Shown here: piece by piece, positions 6,371 to 11,580 of the stretch
Layout of the letters: every line of letters begins with the position of its first letter
Position numbering within the stretch: position 1 is the stretch's first letter
Source of the DNA: Candidatus Iainarchaeum sp.
GTDB taxonomy: Archaea > Iainarchaeota > Iainarchaeia > Iainarchaeales > JACQJH01
Direction of reading: 5' to 3'
Length of the DNA: 32,000 nucleotides
Assembly: GCA_016205145.1 (NCBI GenBank)
Contig: JACQJH010000002.1
Location: 300,001-332,000 of the forward strand
Made by a program: the position numbers and the translations under genes
Notes under the pieces: generated by a model
Database searches by the model: none
The model's input: only the letters and a program-made list of their open reading frames with translations
Told to the model about the DNA's origin: nothing

Positions 6371-7911
6371 AAAGGCTTTCTTTAAGCAATTTTCTGGTCT
6401 GGTGGGATATTTTCTTGGACGGAAAGGCTGGGCAGTTGTCAAAGGCTTTGCTGGCAATAATTGCAATCGCGTTGCTTGCTTTCCTGAGCCAGACGATTCT
6501 GGAATTCGTGCACGGCCTGAACCAGGCCATTTTTGCGGGCAATTCAATCGGCAAGCTTGCCGTAACTTTTTCGTGGTATTCCCTTAACATCTTAATCAGC
6601 ATTTGCGTGCTGAAAACAGGGATTCTTCAAAGGCTTGCAGGAAAGGAAAAATTGTTCCTGAAGCTTTTTCTGGCGTGCTTGGGAATAGCGTATTTTTTGG
6701 GCGTACTGCAATTTTACCTGTTTGCAGTGCACTACCAGACTTTGGGGCCGTTTGCGGCGCTTTCCAACGGCCAATACCTTCAATGGGAGGCCTCGATTGT
6801 TTCGCACAACCATTTTCCCAAGGCAAGCATATACTTTTTTGAAAAAATAACCGGATTGCATGCCGGGCCAAGCGTCGATGACGGGCGTCCATTCTATGAA
6901 ATCTATCCGGACATTGACTTGTGGGCTTCGGCTTACCTTTTGCTGGGGCTTTTCGGCCTGGTTTTCGCGGTGCTGCACCTCAATGCAAGGATCCGTGAAA
7001 TAAAACTGTTCGATTATTTCATTGCCTTGACAAGCTTCATAGGCCTGCTTATCGGAACGTTTGACGGCGGCATTGGTTCCACTACGACGGTCATTGCCTT
7101 GGTTTTTTTCCTGTTGTACTGGGCGAGGAACTATCTCAGGTCAACCGATTCGATGATTCTCATACTTTTCCCGCTGATCGGAATTTCCCTTGTCAGCTTT
7201 GTCGGCATTCTTTTGGGGTTGTCTTTCAACGACAGCCTTTTTTCGGTTCCCCTGATTGTGGCAATAAACCTGGCGTACTATTTTGCGGTCATGCGCCGGA
7301 AAAAAATCCTGCAGAAAAACGCGTTCACAAAGGGCCTTGCAGTGCTGTTCGGCATTTCACTTCTGCTGTCAGGCATCATAATCCTTGACCTGTCCTTCGG
7401 AAGGCTTGTGATGGAATACCCTGCGTGGATGACGATGAAGGAAACCGAGAAGGGCGGGGCAGTGTATTTTTACGGTTTGCCGGCTGAAATGACCAAGGCG
7501 GAGTTTGACTCGGAAGTTGAAAAGTTCGGCGGCATTCTCGAATCGCACAAGGAAGGCTGGGTGGGGTATGCGCGCATCACGCCAAACAGGCTTTTCAGGT
7601 CCGGCGAGCTGGAGGACAGGATAAGGGCCGATTTCAGGCCGAAACAGTATTTTTACGTCGAGGAAGGCCTGCCTTACAAAACAGTGCGGAAGCTTACCGT
7701 TTACTGGTTTGAAAATGCTGACGCGGAAAAGTTTTTGCCGGACAAGGAGTTCTTGGACGTCCGTATAATCGGAATGAAAAAAGGAGAAGCTGAAAATTCC
7801 ACGGACATTGTCATCGAGGGCAAAACCGATTGGAGATGGCAGATGCTGTCCGTCCTCAACGAAATCAGGCAAAACGGCTTCAAGGGAAAGCTCATGGTGG
7901 CGGAGAAGTAG
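6331..7911 (+). CDS. Polytopic membrane protein (about 10 TM helices) with a ~150-aa C-terminal soluble domain, coupled to the ATPase gene
   Basis: The first in-frame start is the GTG at 6331, which overlaps the ATPase gene by 40 nt. The TTG at 6415 is an alternative. The hydrophobic helices run through about aa 360. No family is recognised. Confidence 0.7.
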   Translation: MGCRRHGKRVHGLKRLSLSNFLVWWDIFLDGKAGQLSKALLAIIAIALLAFLSQTILEFVHGLNQAIFAGNSIGKLAVTFSWYSLNILISICVLKTGILQRLAGKEKLFLKLFLACLGIAYFLGVLQFYLFAVHYQTLGPFAALSNGQYLQWEASIVSHNHFPKASIYFFEKITGLHAGPSVDDGRPFYEIYPDIDLWASAYLLLGLFGLVFAVLHLNARIREIKLFDYFIALTSFIGLLIGTFDGGIGSTTTVIALVFFLLYWARNYLRSTDSMILILFPLIGISLVSFVGILLGLSFNDSLFSVPLIVAINLAYYFAVMRRKKILQKNAFTKGLAVLFGISLLLSGIIILDLSFGRLVMEYPAWMTMKETEKGGAVYFYGLPAEMTKAEFDSEVEKFGGILESHKEGWVGYARITPNRLFRSGELEDRIRADFRPKQYFYVEEGLPYKTVRKLTVYWFENADAEKFLPDKEFLDVRIIGMKKGEAENSTDIVIEGKTDWRWQMLSVLNEIRQNGFKGKLMVAEK

Positions 7912-7919
7912 CCCGAAAC

Positions 7920-7927
7920 AAAAAAAA
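7920..7927 (-). terminator. T8 run ending the tRNA-Val transcript with its structured trailer
   Basis: A8 on the plus strand equals T8 on the minus strand, about 100 nt downstream of the tRNA-Val 3' end. Confidence 0.5.
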
Positions 7928-7944
7928 GGCGGCATTGCTTACTC

Positions 7945-8029
7945 GGCGTGTCACCAGTGACACGCCTTGGTTTCGGACTCGCCGGACGAAACCGGCGCCT
8001 TGGTTTCGTCACAAGCGGGCGAAACCGCT
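7945..8029 (-). repeat. Structured 3' trailer of tRNA-Val: three hairpins, two of them tandem F2 units
   Basis: The first hairpin is a perfect 10-bp palindrome, GGCGTGTCAC-CA-GTGACACGCC (7945-7966). Two tandem units of gccttGGTTTCG-N11-CGAAACCg follow (7967-7999 and 8000-8030). Each unit also folds as stem-RCGAAA-stem. Confidence 0.65.
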
Positions 8030-8102
8030 TAGGGAAGGGGAGAATCGGACTCCCGGTCTCTGCCGTGTGAAGGCAGTGTCATAGCCACTAGACCACTTCC
8101 CT
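8030..8102 (-). tRNA. tRNA-Val (anticodon CAC), no encoded CCA
   Basis: The minus strand folds by hand into a cloverleaf. Acceptor is AGGGAAG/CTTCCCT, the D arm contains GG, the anticodon stem is CTGCC/GGCAG with loop TTCACAC, the variable loop is 5 nt, and the T stem is GGGAG/CTCCC. The A1:U72 pair and the T-loop TCCGATT (C at position 55) are unusual. Confidence 0.8.
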
Positions 8103-8130
8103 GTGCAAGAGAAAATTCTCTTCGGAAATG

Positions 8131-8138
8131 TTTAAAAA
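8131..8138. promoter_or_regulatory. Shared bidirectional TATA box (tRNA-Val on minus, surface-protein gene on plus)
   Basis: tttaaaaa is centred about 27 nt upstream of the ATG at 8161 and about 32 nt upstream of the tRNA-Val 5' end at 8102. Confidence 0.55.
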
Positions 8139-8160
8139 AAGCAGATACGTATGCTTATTG

Positions 8161-9282
8161 ATGAGAAAGTTTTTTGCCATTGCCTTCGTGCTGTTTTTTG
8201 CCTCCGCTGTTTCGGCTTTGACTGTCGAGGCGCCTTCGCAGATTCCGGCTTATTCGAATTTCAGCGTAACCGCAAAGTTTGATTCCACGGACAATTTTGA
8301 CCAGGCAGTCATACAATTGGATGGTCAGGCGGTTGCAACCGTTTTTCCGACGGCAAACGGTTCTGGCACGATAAGTGAAAGCGACACTGATAACAGTAAA
8401 GTTTTGGGTGCGGCGCTCGCTGATGACGACAAGGCCTCAAAGGACGGGCTCAAGATAGTGGTGTCGCTTGCCGGCTTGTCCGCGGGCAGCCATAACGTCA
8501 AGGCAGTCGAGTTGAAGGCCGGTTCAACTGTCCAGGAGCAGCAGGCCAATATAAACTCGTTCCAGCCGCTTGACGAGTCGTTCAGGGCCGATGCCTTGCA
8601 GAAAATCGATTCGCTTTCCCAGAGCCTTGACGAGCAGAAAAGCAAGAATGATGCGCTGGCAGGCGAAAATTCCTCGCTCAAGTCAAAGGTTTCCGAACTG
8701 GAAAACTCTTTGACCCAGAAGCAGGCCGAGGTTGAAAGCATTTCAGGCAGTTTGCGCAATTTGCAGTCAAGGGTTTCAAGCACGGAAAGCGCGGTCGAGG
8801 AACAGAAAACCCAGAACGAGGAGACAAGCGCAAAGGTCGGCGAGCTTGAAGCGCGCACTGCCGGGCCGCTTGAAAACGTCGTGAAATTCTTGTCCGGACA
8901 GAACGATCAGCCGCAGGCTGAAACATCGGCAGCACAAATGGAAAAGGCCCCGGATGAAAATGCGGTGCAGAACGAGAACATTTTAACCGGCCTGGTCGGG
9001 GCGGCTGAAGCGAATTCGATGACAATAATCGGCCTGGTCGTGCTCATTGTCGTGTCGGTGCTTGCAATAATGCATTTCACGAAAAGGGAATCCATTTACG
9101 CGGACTCCGCAAACAAGGAGTGGGCAAACGACGACAATTTGGAGGATGCCCTGGCGGCGAAGGACAAGGAACTTGAAAGCCAGAATGCGCCCAAGAAATG
9201 GCATGCAAAGGAAGCCCCGGCAGAAGACGAGCAGAAGAAAGGCACGCTTGTCAGGCTCAGCGACATGTTCAAGAAAAAATAA
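8161..9282 (+). CDS. Secreted/anchored coiled-coil surface protein (hypothetical)
   Basis: 373 aa counted from the ATG at 8161. The ATG at 8128 in the track lies inside the TATA box. Features are a signal peptide (MRKFFAIAFVLFFASAVSA), a beta-rich domain, a Ser/Gln/Glu-rich heptad-like coiled coil, a C-terminal TM helix (MTIIGLVVLIVVSVLAIMHF) and a charged tail. Confidence 0.75.
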   Translation: MRKFFAIAFVLFFASAVSALTVEAPSQIPAYSNFSVTAKFDSTDNFDQAVIQLDGQAVATVFPTANGSGTISESDTDNSKVLGAALADDDKASKDGLKIVVSLAGLSAGSHNVKAVELKAGSTVQEQQANINSFQPLDESFRADALQKIDSLSQSLDEQKSKNDALAGENSSLKSKVSELENSLTQKQAEVESISGSLRNLQSRVSSTESAVEEQKTQNEETSAKVGELEARTAGPLENVVKFLSGQNDQPQAETSAAQMEKAPDENAVQNENILTGLVGAAEANSMTIIGLVVLIVVSVLAIMHFTKRESIYADSANKEWANDDNLEDALAAKDKELESQNAPKKWHAKEAPAEDEQKKGTLVRLSDMFKKK

Positions 9283-9353
9283 CCGGCCGGAAACCTATTA
9301 TTTGCCGCTCAAAAAGGATTGCCTGCAAACTCTTGAAATCTTTTAATGCGAGA

Positions 9354-9415
9354 GCATGCGTGGCATCCCGCAACAGCGCGGATGCCACAAACCGCACCAG
9401 CCGGGCGTGACGGCT
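9354..9415. repeat. Structured repeat family F1, copy C, directly abutting the 3' end of tRNA-Leu
   Basis: gcatgcGTGGCATCCCGCaacaGCGcGGATGCCACaaaccgcaccagccgggcgtgacggct. It is colinear with copy A but has three compensatory base-pair changes in the long stem. Confidence 0.85.
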
Positions 9416-9498
9416 TGCGGGAGGCAGGACTCGAACCTGCGGAGCCACTAAGGCACGGGCGCCTAAAGCCCGCGGAATTGCCGCTATCCCACTCCCGC
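9416..9498 (-). tRNA. tRNA-Leu (anticodon UAG), class II with long variable arm, no encoded CCA
   Basis: Acceptor is GCGGGAG/CTCCCGC, the anticodon stem is CGGGC/GCCCG with loop TTTAGGC, the variable arm is TGCCTTAGTGGCT, and the T arm is GCAGG-TTCGAGT-CCTGC. Confidence 0.9.
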
Positions 9499-9504
9499 GG
9501 AATG

Positions 9505-9517
9505 ATATAGGATATTC
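9505..9517 (-). promoter_or_regulatory. AT-rich TATA-like element upstream of tRNA-Leu
   Basis: The minus strand reads gaatatcctatat, 8-20 nt upstream of the mature 5' end. The exact box is uncertain. Confidence 0.35.
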
Positions 9518-9571
9518 GCCCGAAGGGCTTTTTATTGCTTTTCGCGGGAATGCCGTCCAAGAATTCGCGTT

Positions 9572-10189
9572 TTATTTTTTTGCCTTGCCGCTTTTGTTTT
9601 TCCCGCCATTTTTTGCCTGCGGGCTTTGCGTTTTTGCGAGGTATTCGCCGAGCTTTCCCGCTGCAATGGCGCGGTGCGAGAACGCGTTTTTTTCCTCGAC
9701 CGAAAATTCGACTAGCGCTTTTTTCCCGCCGTCAGGCTCGAAGATTTTTTCGTATGGCAGGCGTTTGGCTTCCGGCATGACGACTTTTTCCAGGATCCTG
9801 CCTTCCAGTTCGCCGGCGAAAAACTTGTAGTCCTGCGGAGAATTCATGAGGCAGATAACCGACTTGAACCTTGCACTCCGGTCTTTTCCTTCGAGCTTTT
9901 TGAACAGCCCTTCAAAGCCCAGTTCGAGCCAGGCGCGCTTCGCCTTGGTGCCCGGAAAGCCCGGCAGGGCATCGAAGAAAACGCCAGTGTCCTCGACAAT
10001 GAGCGGCTTTTTGACCAGGCTGTAGGCATGGCGTGCCTTTGCCAGCGCGATCTCTTCAAGCGATTTCAGGTCGGGCTCGTCAAGCTCGATTTTTTTCTGC
10101 TCAATTTTCACGCCGTAACCGCCGAGGATTTTTTTGATTTCGTCGAACTTGAAATCGTTTGTTGAAACCAGGAAAAGAGGATCAGGCAT
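9572..10189 (-). CDS. Non-canonical purine NTP pyrophosphatase (ITPase, HAM1/RdgB family)
   Basis: 205 aa counted from the ATG at 10189. The track start at 10333 precedes the TATA box. Motifs are LFLVSTNDFKFDEI, IVEDTGVFFDALPGFPGT and FSHRAIA. The C-terminal tail is Lys-rich. Confidence 0.85.
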   Translation of the reverse strand: MPDPLFLVSTNDFKFDEIKKILGGYGVKIEQKKIELDEPDLKSLEEIALAKARHAYSLVKKPLIVEDTGVFFDALPGFPGTKAKRAWLELGFEGLFKKLEGKDRSARFKSVICLMNSPQDYKFFAGELEGRILEKVVMPEAKRLPYEKIFEPDGGKKALVEFSVEEKNAFSHRAIAAGKLGEYLAKTQSPQAKNGGKNKSGKAKK

Positions 10190-10213
10190 TAAGACAAGAG
10201 AAAAGAGGATTGT

Positions 10214-10221
10214 TTTTAAAT
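10214..10221 (-). promoter_or_regulatory. TATA box for the ITPase gene
   Basis: The plus strand reads tttttaaa, centred about 28 nt from the ATG at 10189 on the minus strand. Confidence 0.55.
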
Positions 10222-10251
10222 CGTTGGGGAACCGGAAGCACCGGCAATCGC

Positions 10252-10259
10252 TTTTTAAA
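10252..10259 (+). promoter_or_regulatory. TATA box for the 10283 gene
   Basis: tttttaaa is centred about 27 nt upstream of the ATG at 10283. Confidence 0.55.
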
Positions 10260-10282
10260 GCCTTTTTTGTTTCATTTCTTTC

Positions 10283-10678
10283 ATGCCGATTTTTGATGCT
10301 GAACTGTACAAGGGCAGGGCCGAAAAAAAGCACCTGACGCTCGTGCTATCCGAGGGCGAGGGCATAATCAATTCCATCAAGGAGGGCATGAAAGAGCACG
10401 GCATAAAGGAGGCCTTTGTCGAGCAGGCCAACGGCCTCGTAAAAAGCGGCCAGATAACGTTCAATCAGGGCAACAGGCTCAAGTCAAAGGAACTGGCGGA
10501 TGAAAAGATTTTCCGCGCCAGCGGCAAATTCTCATTGAGCTTTGACGAACTGTTCGGCAGCATGAGCATCACGGTAATGAATTCGCATCCCCTTTCCGGC
10601 ACGCTTACAAAGGGCACTGCTTCGGAAGGCTTTCAGATAATCCTCAGTTTCCTGGAAATAAAGAACAAGGAAAACTGA
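10283..10678 (+). CDS. Hypothetical protein, possibly PPC/DUF296-type domain
   Basis: 131 aa. The pattern HLTLVLSEGEGIINSIKEGMKEHGIKEAFV...G...SGKFSLSF...GSMSITV...PLSGTL..GTAS.GFQIILSFLE resembles DUF296, but the match is weak and made by eye. Confidence 0.45.
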   Translation: MPIFDAELYKGRAEKKHLTLVLSEGEGIINSIKEGMKEHGIKEAFVEQANGLVKSGQITFNQGNRLKSKELADEKIFRASGKFSLSFDELFGSMSITVMNSHPLSGTLTKGTASEGFQIILSFLEIKNKEN

Positions 10679-10687
10679 GCCTGCTTT

Positions 10688-11386
10688 TCACTGTTCAAGC
10701 CTGAAAGGGTTGAAATCGGTTTTGTGGTCGTACACGTCCGTTTTTTCCATGCGTTTCAGGAAGGCCACGATTTTGTAGGTTATGGGCGTGAACAGCACTT
10801 CGATGCCGACCTTGAAAACGTAATTTGAGACTATTACCGCAATGAAAAGGCTTTGCGGGAGAACGCCGAAGAATGCGATTGTGACAAACAGCAGGGTATC
10901 CACGCCTTCCCCGACGATTGTCGAGCCGATTGTCCTCGCCCAAAGCCATTTTCCTTTTGTCCAGATTTTCATTTTGGCAAGTATGAATGAATTGGAGAAC
11001 TCGCCGGCGAAATACGCGACCAGGCTTGCAATGACTATTCTGGGCACAACGCCAAGCACGGCCATGAACGCACCCTGGTTTTCCCAGCCCGGCGAGGGCG
11101 GCAGTATGCCGACAAGCCACAGGTAAGCGGACATGAAAGCCGTGGCAAAAAAACCCATCCAGATGACTTTCCTTGATTTCCTGTAACCGTAAACCTCGGT
11201 CAGGATGTCGCCGAAAATATAGCTCAAAGGAAACAGAAGCGTGCCGCCGTCAAAGTCGAAGAAAAAAAACGAGAGAATCTTGGATGACGCTATGTTGGAA
11301 ATTATCAGGACTGCCACAAATGACGCCATTATGACGTCAAAGTACCTGAAATTTTTGGTCTGCGCCGGGTTTTCTGGTTTTTCCAT
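10688..11386 (-). CDS. yhhQ: Queuosine-precursor (preQ0/preQ1) transporter, YhhQ/DUF165 family
   Basis: 232 aa counted from the ATG at 11386. The track uses the GTG at 11398. The protein is multi-TM. Motifs are GGTLLFPLSYIFGDILTEVYGY, R.IASLVAYFAGEFSNSFILAKMK and ARTIGSTIVGEGVDTLLF. Confidence 0.8.
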   Translation of the reverse strand: MEKPENPAQTKNFRYFDVIMASFVAVLIISNIASSKILSFFFFDFDGGTLLFPLSYIFGDILTEVYGYRKSRKVIWMGFFATAFMSAYLWLVGILPPSPGWENQGAFMAVLGVVPRIVIASLVAYFAGEFSNSFILAKMKIWTKGKWLWARTIGSTIVGEGVDTLLFVTIAFFGVLPQSLFIAVIVSNYVFKVGIEVLFTPITYKIVAFLKRMEKTDVYDHKTDFNPFRLEQ

Positions 11387-11540
11387 AAAAATTCCCACAC
11401 ACCCTATCTATTGCACGCGCCCTTCTTGCCTGACACGCCGGGAGCACAACACCAATGCACTACGCTGCCGGCAGCTTACCTGAAAAAACATGCCAAAACG
11501 CGGCAAACAGCCAGTCCCATTATTCTTACTCCGCACATTA

Positions 11541-11571
11541 GGTTTAAAACCAAATTGCCGTTGCCAGGCAA
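11541..11571 (-). terminator. Hairpin plus T-rich tract after the giant operon
   Basis: The minus strand reads TTGCC-tggcaac-GGCAA followed by TTTGGTTTT, beginning 9 nt after the TGA stop at 11581-11583. Confidence 0.5.
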
Positions 11572-11580
11572 AATGCGAAT

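Noticed and set aside
7967-8030. CRISPR-like appearance of the GGTTTCG...CGAAACC units
   Set aside because: There are only two tandem units with no spacer between them, other copies are dispersed singly, and no cas genes are present. This is not a CRISPR array.
584-9415. F1 copies as att sites of a tRNA-integrated mobile element
   Set aside because: The repeats do not include any part of the tRNA-Leu body. Copies A and B are inverted rather than direct. No integrase or other mobile-element gene lies between or near them.
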